Assembly (NCBI GenBank): GCA_905214385.1
Contig: CAJMMF010000005.1
Location: 16,345 to 80,344 of the forward strand
Length of the DNA stretch: 64,000 bases
From: an uncultured bacterium
Lineage (GTDB): Bacteria; Actinomycetota; Coriobacteriia; Coriobacteriales; Coriobacteriaceae
Direction: 5' to 3'
Shown one piece after another: positions 42,663 to 50,539 of the stretch. The translations under genes and the position numbers were made by a program. Position 1 is the stretch's first letter. Each line of letters begins with the position of its first letter. The notes beneath the pieces are model-generated. The model saw only the letters and a list, made by a program, of their open reading frames with translations. It was not told the origin of the DNA and searched no databases.

Positions 42663-43766
42663 CTAGATGCGGACCGGCATGACCAGGTACAGGTAGTTGA
42701 TCTTGTCGTAGGACTTGAAGATGCCCGCCTGCGAGTAGCTCTTGAGCTCCAGCGTGATCTCCTTCTCCTTGGACAGGGCATTGAGGCAGCCGAAGATGTA
42801 GTGGTAGTTGAAGGCGATGGTACCCGACTCGCCCTCAGCCTCGACATCGATCGTCTCCTGCGCAAGGTCCTGGTCATTGGAAATGGAGGACAGGCCCATC
42901 TGCCCGTTCTCGACATCGATCTCGAACTTGACGGCGGGGTTGGCGCTCGCGATAACGGCCACGCGCTTGAGGGCGGCGTTAAAGGCGGCGACATCGATCT
43001 TGACGCTCGTCACGCACGAATCGGGGATGAGCTGCTTGTAGTTGGGGTACACGCCCTCGATGCGACGCGACACGTAGGTGGTGTTGCCGGCCTCGAAGAC
43101 GACCTGGGTGTCGGTAGCCCCGATCATGATGGTCGCCTGGCTGGCCATGATGTTCAGCGCGTCGTTAAAGGCGTCAGCCGGAACGTTGAGCTCAAAGGAG
43201 CCCTCGAGGGTCGAGGTCTCGACCTGCGTATCGCACACGGCCAAGCGGAAGGAATCGGTCGCCACCAGGCGTACGGTGTTGTTCTCGACCTTCATGTGCA
43301 CGCCGCCCAGGATGGGGCGAGCCTTGTCGGTCGAGGTGACGCGCCACACGCGGCCGACCATTTCGGACAAGACATCGGTCGGCAGCTCCACGGCACTCTC
43401 GATGGCATAGGCCGGAAACTCGGGGAAGTCTTTGGCATCGAGCGTGTTCAGCCTAAAAGAGCTCTTCTCGCAACCAATCAGCACCTGGCGCTCGGACAGC
43501 TCAAAGGTGACCGGGGCATCGGGGAGGGTCTTGGTGATATTGGAGAGCACCTTACAGGGGATAACCATCTCGCCCTCTTCTTCGACATGCGCCGCGATGC
43601 GATGACGGATCGAGATAGTGTAGTTAGAGGTCTGGAATTCCAAGATGCCGTCTTGGGCCTTAACGAGCACGCCCGACAGGATGGGAAGGGTGGATGCCGA
43701 AGCGACACCCTTCATAACGACGCCGATGGCTTGTGTAAGCGAGCTCTGGCTGACGGTGAACTTCAT
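42663..43766 (-). CDS. dnaN: DNA polymerase III beta sliding clamp
   Basis: 367 aa. Starts MKFTVSQSSLTQAIGVVMKGV. Sits at the canonical position after dnaA. Confidence 0.95.
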   Translation of the reverse strand: MKFTVSQSSLTQAIGVVMKGVASASTLPILSGVLVKAQDGILEFQTSNYTISIRHRIAAHVEEEGEMVIPCKVLSNITKTLPDAPVTFELSERQVLIGCEKSSFRLNTLDAKDFPEFPAYAIESAVELPTDVLSEMVGRVWRVTSTDKARPILGGVHMKVENNTVRLVATDSFRLAVCDTQVETSTLEGSFELNVPADAFNDALNIMASQATIMIGATDTQVVFEAGNTTYVSRRIEGVYPNYKQLIPDSCVTSVKIDVAAFNAALKRVAVIASANPAVKFEIDVENGQMGLSSISNDQDLAQETIDVEAEGESGTIAFNYHYIFGCLNALSKEKEITLELKSYSQAGIFKSYDKINYLYLVMPVRI

Positions 43767-44004
43767 CTTTTAATACCTTTCTATAGATATAAATATCTTA
43801 ATAATAGTAATAGCACTGACGAAACTGTTGATTACTCCCAAAGACGCAGGTCAGACCAAGAAAGAGAATCGACAGCAACCTGTGTGCAACAGGGGTGGTT
43901 TTCCACGTTCAAAACCTGCGCAAAACTTTTCATCACCGCGGGTTGGGTTTTAGACACCTTATGCCCGTGGTTTCGACAAGTTTTCAACAGGTGTCTCTAT
44001 TTCC
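43767..44004. other. oriC candidate: AT-rich unwinding tract plus DnaA-box-like sites (dnaA-dnaN spacer)
   Basis: A nearly pure A/T tract at 43767-43825. Box-like sites are TTTTCCACG (43899-43907), TTTCGACAAGTTTTCAACA (43971-43989) and TTTTCATCA (about 43927). There is also a palindrome CCTGTGTGCAACAGG (43879-43893). Confidence 0.7.
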
Positions 44005-45729
44005 CTACGAGCGCAGTGTAATTTTATCGCGCAGCGACTTGAGGTCTTCGGTGACGGTGCGGTCTTCCTGGATCATCTTCTGGACCTTTTTGTAACTCGT
44101 GCTGACGGTCGAGTGGTTGCGGTTGCCAAATTCGGCGCCCACCGCCGTGGTCGTCATCTCGCACATCTCGATGGCCAGGTAGATAGCGATATGGCGTGCT
44201 TTGGCGATATTGGCGTTGCGACGCGGGCCGATGAGCTCCTCGTGCGTCACGCCGTACTGCTCTTCGATGACGGACTGAACCGTCTGGACGTTGATCTTTT
44301 TGGCCGATGTGTCAAAGTACTGGCTGGCGATGGCGTCGATATCGTCAAAGGTGAGCTCCCCGCCCTCGCGCTCGCGGTCGCCCGCCTCGCCGGCGCAGCG
44401 CTCGCAAAAGCTCTCGAGTTCGCGGATGTTGGTGCCCGAGACCTCGGCCATGTGTTTAAAGTGCTCGTCGGTTAGGTGCCCGCCGTCGCCCCCATAGGCC
44501 GCCAGCAGCGAGTCGTCGCCTGCCTCGGGAGCGGCGACGATGGTGTTCTCGTAATAGCGCTGCAAGATCTTGTATTTCATTTCGTAGCTGGGCTCTGCGA
44601 CCAGGCAGAGCATGCCGGCGTTGAAGCGGCTGGTTAGACGCTCGTCCATGCTCAGGTCCTTGGGGGCGCGGTCTGCCGCGATGACGACCTTCTTGTTGTT
44701 GCGGATGAACTCGTCCATGAGCTGGAAAAAGTAGTCCACGCTCGCGCGCTTGCCGATGATGTTTTGGATGTCGTCGATGATGAGCACGTCCACGCCGTGG
44801 TACGCCTGCATGATGGGGGCGTTGCTCTTCTTTTGGCGGTCGAACTCGGTCATCAGGTCGTCCAGATATGCCTGGGAGTTGGCATACTTGACCTTGATCT
44901 CGGGCGACTTTTCGGCGAGCTCGTTTTTGATGGCAAGCAGCAGGTGCGTCTTGCCCAGGCCCGATTTGCCGTAGATGAACAGTGATGTGCACGTGCCCCG
45001 CTCGTCCGCGAGGGCGGCAAACTTGAGTGCCGAGCGATAGGCATGGCTGTTCTCGGGGCCGTAGACAAAGTTCTCAAAGGTAAATTTTGAGTTCGCGGCG
45101 AGCGGGGCTCCATCCGTATTCTGTTCGGCCGGCGCGGTCGGTGCTGGCATGGGTGAAGCGGGGGTCGCAGCTTGCGTGGATTTAGTTGGCGCTCCGCCCT
45201 TCATCTGGTTCATCATGCGGCGAAAATCATCGGCCGAGAGCGTGTTCTTGATTGCAATGCCCGAATCCGCGCCCGTCGTTGCGTCGTGAGCGATGGGCAT
45301 GTGCGTGACGGGTGCGTTCGTTGACGTCGCCGCCGCGGTCGGCAACGGTGCCATGGTTTCACGGGAAACATCGCTGTGCTGGTGCTCGATTGTCGGCACG
45401 TCGCCTGCGGAGGCCGGCACCGCCGGGGAAGCTGCGGGAGCCGTGGCAGGCGCCGTCGCGGCAGCGGATTCCGTCGCGGCGCCTTGCGGTGCCACGATGT
45501 CGAGCGCGATCGGTGCAAAGGCGATTTCTTCCAGATAGGCCTCAATGGTCGGCTGATGCTTTTTGAGCTGCGCGATGGCAAAGCGCGAGGGGGCCTCGAT
45601 CGTGAGCGTATCTTCGGTCAGGCTTATGGCGCGCGATTGCCCCAGCATGTTGATGAGGCGTGCATCTCGGCCGTCGCGCTGGCAAAAGGCGATGGCATCC
45701 CCCAGGATGATGCTTGCTTCCTCGTCCAC
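44005..45729 (-). CDS. dnaA: chromosomal replication initiator protein DnaA
   Basis: The AAA+ core is LFIYGKSGLGKTHLL and the domain IV motif is ARHIAIYLAIEMCEMTTTAVGAEFGNRNHSTV. A long Ala/Pro-rich linker is present. The start is the GTG at 45727-45729, preceded by GGGAGAG. Confidence 0.95.
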   Translation of the reverse strand: MDEEASIILGDAIAFCQRDGRDARLINMLGQSRAISLTEDTLTIEAPSRFAIAQLKKHQPTIEAYLEEIAFAPIALDIVAPQGAATESAAATAPATAPAASPAVPASAGDVPTIEHQHSDVSRETMAPLPTAAATSTNAPVTHMPIAHDATTGADSGIAIKNTLSADDFRRMMNQMKGGAPTKSTQAATPASPMPAPTAPAEQNTDGAPLAANSKFTFENFVYGPENSHAYRSALKFAALADERGTCTSLFIYGKSGLGKTHLLLAIKNELAEKSPEIKVKYANSQAYLDDLMTEFDRQKKSNAPIMQAYHGVDVLIIDDIQNIIGKRASVDYFFQLMDEFIRNNKKVVIAADRAPKDLSMDERLTSRFNAGMLCLVAEPSYEMKYKILQRYYENTIVAAPEAGDDSLLAAYGGDGGHLTDEHFKHMAEVSGTNIRELESFCERCAGEAGDREREGGELTFDDIDAIASQYFDTSAKKINVQTVQSVIEEQYGVTHEELIGPRRNANIAKARHIAIYLAIEMCEMTTTAVGAEFGNRNHSTVSTSYKKVQKMIQEDRTVTEDLKSLRDKITLRS

Positions 45730-45744
45730 TGTCTCTCCCGTTCT

Positions 45745-47097
45745 TTAGCTCTGAGCTCGCACGCGAGCGGCGCCGAGTTCGGTCAGATGGTATTTCTGGC
45801 CATGCTTGATGACCAAGCCGGCCTGCGCCAAGTCATTGAGCGTGCGTGACCAAGTGGGGGCCGAGTTTCCAAACGCCCTCGCCAGATCGGTGGCACCGCA
45901 CGCTTGATTTTGCGCCAGATAGCCCAGCGCGGCGTTGCCGCGATCGCTTACGAACACGTCCGGTTGTGGCTGCGCATACTGATTTGCTGCATTAGGATAC
46001 ATCATTTGAGCTGCTGGTTGTTGAGAACTCTGCATCGGCGGCATTTGCTGTTGAAAACTTTGAGGCCACTGGTGGTAAGGCTGCGGAGGCATCTGCTGGG
46101 CCCAGGGGTTGTACTGCTGCTGCGTCATCTGCTGGTACGGCTGCTGATATCCCTGCTGGTACTGCTGCGGGAACTGCTGGCCATACCCCAGTGGCGGCAT
46201 CTGCTGATATGGATATCCCTGTTGGTACGGCTGATAGCCCATTTGCTGGCCACCCGGTGCCCCCGTCGCCTGCTGCATTGCTGCTGTATCCTGATCCGCC
46301 AGCGGCATGGCCTCTGGCACGTTTGGCGGCATCGACATCGACGCCGCCTGGGGCTCTTGTGTAGGAAGCATTCCGGGCTGCTGCATCTGTCCCACGCGGG
46401 GCTGCATCTGTTGCGTTGCCATGGGCTGCTGCGCAAAAGCCCCCGGCAGGGGATATGCGGGCTGCTCCGTCTCGGGCCGCACGGCAGCACCGCGCCCGCC
46501 GGCGCGTTCGATTTCCTGCACGCGTTTAGGGTCCAGGCTTACCGTAACCACGGTGCCGTTGCCCATGTTGTCCTCGATGGACACGGCCCCGCCGGCGTTT
46601 TCCAAATACTCCTGCACCATGGGAAACCCTGCTCCGGTTCCACGGATATAGCGCTTCATCTTGCTGTTTGCGCTGGTAACGCCAAAGTCGAAAGCGCGCT
46701 CCTTGTCGTCGATGCCGGGTCCTTGATCAGCAAAGCGGATGGTGTCTCCGCCGTCCAGAATCGAGATGATGGGCTCGGCAAAGTGTGCGTGGATAAAGTT
46801 TTCGACAATCTCGCGGATGACCATGAGCGAGATGTGGCCACCTTGCTCTTTCATACACTGGTAGACGGTGTTGGTCGTCTCTTCCAAATACGTGCGGACA
46901 TCTTGCGGATCAATGACGATCACACGCGGTGTCGACAGCATGTCGTCATAGACGGCGATGCGCGCGGCGTACATGGCTTTTGGCGCCTGCGTGGTCGTCT
47001 GCTCGCCTTCCTTACGCTCTTCGCGCACGCCGGTGATGTGCTCGTTGTCGGGTGCCGGGTCTCCGGAATCGACCATGGTGTAAAAGTCGTCAGACAT
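45745..47097 (-). CDS. GHKL-type ATPase / Q,P,Y-rich low-complexity linker / C-terminal winged-helix protein
   Basis: 450 aa. The N box is REIVENFIHA, G1 is DQGPGID and G2 is GTGAGF. A stretch of about 160 aa contains 48 Gln (hand count). The C-terminal wHTH-like segment is GATDLARAFGNSAPTWSRTLNDLAQAGLVIKHGQKYHLT. The stop is 15 nt from the dnaA start. Confidence 0.8.
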   Translation of the reverse strand: MSDDFYTMVDSGDPAPDNEHITGVREERKEGEQTTTQAPKAMYAARIAVYDDMLSTPRVIVIDPQDVRTYLEETTNTVYQCMKEQGGHISLMVIREIVENFIHAHFAEPIISILDGGDTIRFADQGPGIDDKERAFDFGVTSANSKMKRYIRGTGAGFPMVQEYLENAGGAVSIEDNMGNGTVVTVSLDPKRVQEIERAGGRGAAVRPETEQPAYPLPGAFAQQPMATQQMQPRVGQMQQPGMLPTQEPQAASMSMPPNVPEAMPLADQDTAAMQQATGAPGGQQMGYQPYQQGYPYQQMPPLGYGQQFPQQYQQGYQQPYQQMTQQQYNPWAQQMPPQPYHQWPQSFQQQMPPMQSSQQPAAQMMYPNAANQYAQPQPDVFVSDRGNAALGYLAQNQACGATDLARAFGNSAPTWSRTLNDLAQAGLVIKHGQKYHLTELGAARVRAQS

Positions 47098-47340
47098 GCC
47101 GCTCGCAATCTTTCAAAAGGTTTCGAACAAATAGTAGCTCACCGTGCAATGTTTCTCATCTTTCGACAACTTTTCAAAACCTGTTGAAAACTTTGGAAAA
47201 CGGACGAAAAGTTCTCAACATTGCCAACATGACCTGTTGAAAACTCGATGAAATATCGTGAAAAGTTGCCATGCACCGCTAAATCGAGCTCGGCTTATGG
47301 GGGAACCGTGTGAACTGCGCAACCTTTTACCTTTGATTTC
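47098..47340. other. second DnaA-box cluster (rpmH-proximal part of a bipartite origin)
   Basis: TGTTGAAAA at 47182-47190 and 47235-47243. TTCTCAACA at 47212-47220. TTTCGACAACTTTTCAAAA at 47161-47179. Weaker variants (TTTTCCAAA, TTTTCACGA) occur on the minus strand. Confidence 0.65.
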
Positions 47341-47370
47341 TTGACATTTGAACATTGATTTCCCTACAAT
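47341..47370 (+). promoter_or_regulatory. rpmH operon promoter
   Basis: TTGACA (47341-47346), an 18-nt spacer, then TACAAT (47365-47370). Confidence 0.7.
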
Positions 47371-47442
47371 CTTCAAGCTCACGTGTCTATATCTGCGTCC
47401 GCGCCCCCGCGGACACTCGAAATGCAGCAGGAGGAACTTAAG

Positions 47443-47577
47443 ATGAAGCGTACGTATCAGCCTAATAAGCGTAAGCGTGCCAAGACCCATGGCTTCCGTG
47501 CCCGTATGGCCACCAAGGGTGGTCGTGCCGTGCTCGCCCGTCGTCGCGCCAAGGGCCGCAAGCGTCTCACTGTCTAG
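47443..47577 (+). CDS. rpmH: 50S ribosomal protein L34
   Basis: Reads [55 protein letters not shown] precedes the start. Confidence 0.97.
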   Translation: MKRTYQPNKRKRAKTHGFRARMATKGGRAVLARRRAKGRKRLTV

Positions 47578-47597
47578 CAGCGATACACACATCTCGC

Positions 47598-47936
47598 ATG
47601 AAGACTATTAAGTCTCGGCAAGATTTCGAGCATGTGTTCAGTCAGGGGCGTCGTTTCAATCACCCTCTGATTCGAATGACCATATGTGAATCGGTTGGCG
47701 AAGGCGACTCCGGAAGGGTCGCCTTCGTTGGTGCTAAACGGCTCGGTTGTGCTGTCGTGCGCAACCGTTCTAAGCGTGTGATGCGCGAGGCCGCCCGCAG
47801 CTGTGGATTTCCCGTTGCGGGTTATGACATCATCTTGTTCGCAACTCCCAAGACGAGGGTTTCCTCGCCGCAGGAGATGGACAATGCATTGCGTTCGCTT
47901 ATGAAACGCGCCGGCGTTGCCGGGGAGGAGCGATGA
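47598..47936 (+). CDS. rnpA: ribonuclease P protein component
   Basis: 112 aa and basic. Sits in the conserved position after rpmH. Contains KSRQDFEHVFSQGRR...AVVRNRSKRVMREA. Confidence 0.9.
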   Translation: MKTIKSRQDFEHVFSQGRRFNHPLIRMTICESVGEGDSGRVAFVGAKRLGCAVVRNRSKRVMREAARSCGFPVAGYDIILFATPKTRVSSPQEMDNALRSLMKRAGVAGEER

Positions 47937-48157
47937 GCAATCACGTTTTGCGACGTGTTGCCATCGCTCCTATTCGCATATATCAACAGGTTATTTCGCC
48001 CTTATTGCCTGACGCCTGCATTTATTACCCAACGTGCTCGCAATACGCCGTCCAGGCGATTGAGAAGTACGGTGTTTTGAGAGGCTGCTGGCTTGCCGTG
48101 AGGCGCATCGCTCGCTGCAATCCCCTGCACGTCGGCGGTTATGACCCTGTGCCCTAG
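47933..48157 (+). CDS. yidD: membrane protein insertion efficiency factor YidD
   Basis: Contains IRIYQQVISPLLPDACIYYPTCSQYAVQAIEKYG. Overlaps rnpA by an ATGA junction. Confidence 0.9.
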   Translation: MSNHVLRRVAIAPIRIYQQVISPLLPDACIYYPTCSQYAVQAIEKYGVLRGCWLAVRRIARCNPLHVGGYDPVP

Positions 48158-48186
48158 CGGGCACTCGCTATCGGAGGAAAACTTAC

Positions 48187-48957
48187 ATGTGGGATTGGAT
48201 CGTTAACATCCTTTTCGAGCTGCTCAAGCTCATCCAGACCTTTGCGGTCGACTGGGGCCTGTCCATTATCATCCTGGTGGTCATCATCCGTCTGCTGCTG
48301 ACGCCGCTTATGCTCAAGTCGACTAAGTCGACGGCACGCATGCAGGTGCTGCAGCCCAAGATGCTCGAGATCCAGGAGCGCTATGCCGACGATCCCCAGC
48401 GTCAGGCCGAGGAAATGCAGAAGTTCTACAGCGAGAACAAGTTCAACCCGATGGCTGGTTGTCTGCCGCTGTTGATTCAGATGCCTGTCCTGTTCGCCCT
48501 ATTTACGCTGCTGCGTAACCTGCCGGACTACTTTAACGACGGCACGTTCTCGTTCTTTAATATTCTGCCCGACCTGACCACCACGCCGAGTGCCTCCTTT
48601 GCCGATGGCTTTATGGTCGCGCTGCCTGCGCTGGTCTGCCTGATCCTGTTCGCTGTCCTGACCCTGATTCCGCAGCTCTATATGTCGCGCAACCAGACCG
48701 GCCAGCAGGCTCAGAGCATGCGTATGATGGCCGTTGTCATGACGGTCATGATGCTTTGGATGGGCTGGAGCCTTCCCGTTGGTGTTCTGCTGTACTACGA
48801 CGTCTCGTCTGCTTGGCAGGTTATCCAGCAGATTTTTGTGACGCAGAAGGTCATCGACAAGGCGAAGGCCGATGAGGAGGAGCGCCTTAAGAACGCGCCG
48901 CTGCAGGTTGAGGTCACTCGTCGCGAGAAGAAGCCGCGCCCGCACAAGAAGAAGTAG
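48187..48957 (+). CDS. yidC: membrane insertase YidC (short Gram-positive type)
   Basis: 256 aa. Contains KSTKSTARMQVLQPKMLEIQERY...NPMAGCLPLLIQMPVLFAL and a basic tail. Confidence 0.9.
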   Translation: MWDWIVNILFELLKLIQTFAVDWGLSIIILVVIIRLLLTPLMLKSTKSTARMQVLQPKMLEIQERYADDPQRQAEEMQKFYSENKFNPMAGCLPLLIQMPVLFALFTLLRNLPDYFNDGTFSFFNILPDLTTTPSASFADGFMVALPALVCLILFAVLTLIPQLYMSRNQTGQQAQSMRMMAVVMTVMMLWMGWSLPVGVLLYYDVSSAWQVIQQIFVTQKVIDKAKADEEERLKNAPLQVEVTRREKKPRPHKKK

Positions 48958-48974
48958 TGGGATATCAATCTTAT

Positions 48975-48987
48975 TTAGGTACCTAAC
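48975..48987. repeat. 13-mer TTAGGTACCTAAC (12-bp palindrome), copy 1
   Basis: Read directly. Lies 14 nt upstream of the jag ATG. An identical 13-mer occurs at 52479-52491. Confidence 0.9.
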
Positions 48988-49001
48988 TTTTGGAGTACGT
49001 T

Positions 49002-49571
49002 ATGTCTGAAGAGATCATCGAGGATATGCTTGAGGAGGTTGCCCCGCAGGTCGCGGGCGATTATCCCGAGATTGCACAGCGCTACAAGGCTGGTGAAGAG
49101 CTGACCGACGAGGAGCTCGACACCATTGCCGATGTCGCGATTTCCATCCTGCGTTCCATCCTTTCGCACTTCGATGCCGCCAACTCTCCTATCGATGAGT
49201 ATGAGGGCGACGAGGGTGAGCTGATTCTGGATGTAACGGCTCCCGACCTTGCTGTTCTCATTGGCCGTCATGGTCGCACCCTTGATGCCCTTCAGGTTAT
49301 GTTCTCATTGCTGGTGAGCCGCAAGCTCGGCTTTAGGTATCCGGTTGTAGTGGACGTCGAGGGATACAAGAGCCGCCGTCAGGACAAGGTTGCCTCCATG
49401 GCTCAGTCTGCTGCCGAGCGTGCCATCCGCACTCATAAGAGTGTTTCGCTTCCGCCCATGAATGCCTACGAGCGCCGACTGGTTCACATTGCACTTCGTG
49501 GCAATGACGCCGTCGATACTCATTCTGAGGGTTCTGACCCCGATCGCCATGTGGTGATTGTTGCTCGATAA
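49002..49571 (+). CDS. jag: Jag/KhpB-type RNA-binding protein (KH + R3H)
   Basis: The KH-like segment is VLIGRHGRTLDALQ and the R3H motif is PMNAYERRLVHIAL. The ATG at 49002 follows GGAG. The ORF track starts at the TTG at 48990. Confidence 0.85.
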   Translation: MSEEIIEDMLEEVAPQVAGDYPEIAQRYKAGEELTDEELDTIADVAISILRSILSHFDAANSPIDEYEGDEGELILDVTAPDLAVLIGRHGRTLDALQVMFSLLVSRKLGFRYPVVVDVEGYKSRRQDKVASMAQSAAERAIRTHKSVSLPPMNAYERRLVHIALRGNDAVDTHSEGSDPDRHVVIVAR

Positions 49572-49589
49572 TCTACTCGAGCTTATGCT

Positions 49590-49621
49590 AAGGGGACGTG
49601 GTTTCCACGTCCCCTTTTTTT
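49590..49621 (+). terminator. strong intrinsic terminator between jag and rsmG
   Basis: AAGGGGACGTGG-TTT-CCACGTCCCCTT followed by TTTTT. Confidence 0.8.
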
Positions 49622-49667
49622 GTCAAAAGTTCTCGATACACTGATTTTTGTCAGAAAGGAGCTTTCG

Positions 49668-50405
49668 TTGTTAGTACTTACTGATCAGCAGGCTGACGAG
49701 ATGTTGAGTCGTCTAACTTCCTATTGCAAAGAGTATTCCTTGAGCGTAACTGATACTGAGCTGAGGAAATGTATTCAACATTTGGATTTGGTTCTGGAAA
49801 CAAATAAGACAACCAATCTCACCCGTATTCTTAACATAGAAGATGCTGCGGTACTTCATATCCTCGACTCACTTGTTTTGCTCCCCTATATCAATAAGGC
49901 TCCTGAGGGAGCTTTGCTCGATATGGGAACAGGTGCGGGCTTCCCTGGTATTCCGTTAACCATAACCACGCATCGTAAAGCTACTTATATTGACTCTGTT
50001 GGTAAGAAGGTTGATGCTGTCAATTCTTTTGTTGATGTTCTTGGATTGAAACATGCTCATGCGGTTCATGATCGCCTTGAAGAATATGCTCGAAGCCATA
50101 AGAAGCAGTTTTCTGTCGTAACCGCCCGCGCACTTGCCCCTCTACCGATTCTTGTTGAGTATGCTGCTCCGTTCCTCAAAGACGGAGGGCTATTTGTTAT
50201 CACCAAGGGTAATCCTTCCGATGAGGAGCTTGCTTCCGGCATGTCAGCAGCTAAGATTTGCGGCTTCACTTTGCTTCTGAATGACGCAATCGATTTGCCT
50301 GAGGGCTTGGGCCACAGGGAGTTCATTGTTCTTAAAAAGAGTCATCCGGCATCCGTTTCATTGCCTCGTGCAAATGGCATGGCAAAGAAGAATCCGCTTG
50401 CCTAG
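49668..50405 (+). CDS. rsmG: 16S rRNA (guanine527-N7)-methyltransferase
   Basis: Contains TNLTRILNIEDAAVLHILDSL and the SAM motif LLDMGTGAGFPGIPL. The TTG at 49668 lies 6 nt after AAAGGAG. The ORF-track start at 49620 would overlap the terminator. Confidence 0.85.
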   Translation: MLVLTDQQADEMLSRLTSYCKEYSLSVTDTELRKCIQHLDLVLETNKTTNLTRILNIEDAAVLHILDSLVLLPYINKAPEGALLDMGTGAGFPGIPLTITTHRKATYIDSVGKKVDAVNSFVDVLGLKHAHAVHDRLEEYARSHKKQFSVVTARALAPLPILVEYAAPFLKDGGLFVITKGNPSDEELASGMSAAKICGFTLLLNDAIDLPEGLGHREFIVLKKSHPASVSLPRANGMAKKNPLA

Positions 50406-50406
50406 A

Positions 50407-50422
50407 TGTTTCACGTGAAACA
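50407..50422. other. parS site 1
   Basis: TGTTTCACGTGAAACA is a perfect match to the canonical 16-bp parS palindrome. Confidence 0.9.
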
Positions 50423-50445
50423 TAATGGATACTAACAACATGCAG

Positions 50446-50461
50446 TGTTTCACGTGAAACA
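50446..50461. other. parS site 2
   Basis: TGTTTCACGTGAAACA, 39 bp from site 1. Confidence 0.9.
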
Positions 50462-50484
50462 TGGCGGTTGATATCGAATCGGAA

Positions 50485-50500
50485 TGTTTCACGTGAAACA
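50485..50500. other. parS site 3
   Basis: TGTTTCACGTGAAACA, 39 bp from site 2 and 40 nt upstream of the parA start. Confidence 0.9.
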
Positions 50501-50539
50501 TCCTCCGTTTGACAGCTTTAATACACACCAGGAGGGACC

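Noticed and set aside
50407-50500. Regularly spaced 16-18-bp repeats that could be mistaken for a mini CRISPR array
   Set aside because: The repeats are perfect palindromes identical to the parS consensus. There are only three, directly upstream of parAB, and no cas genes are present.
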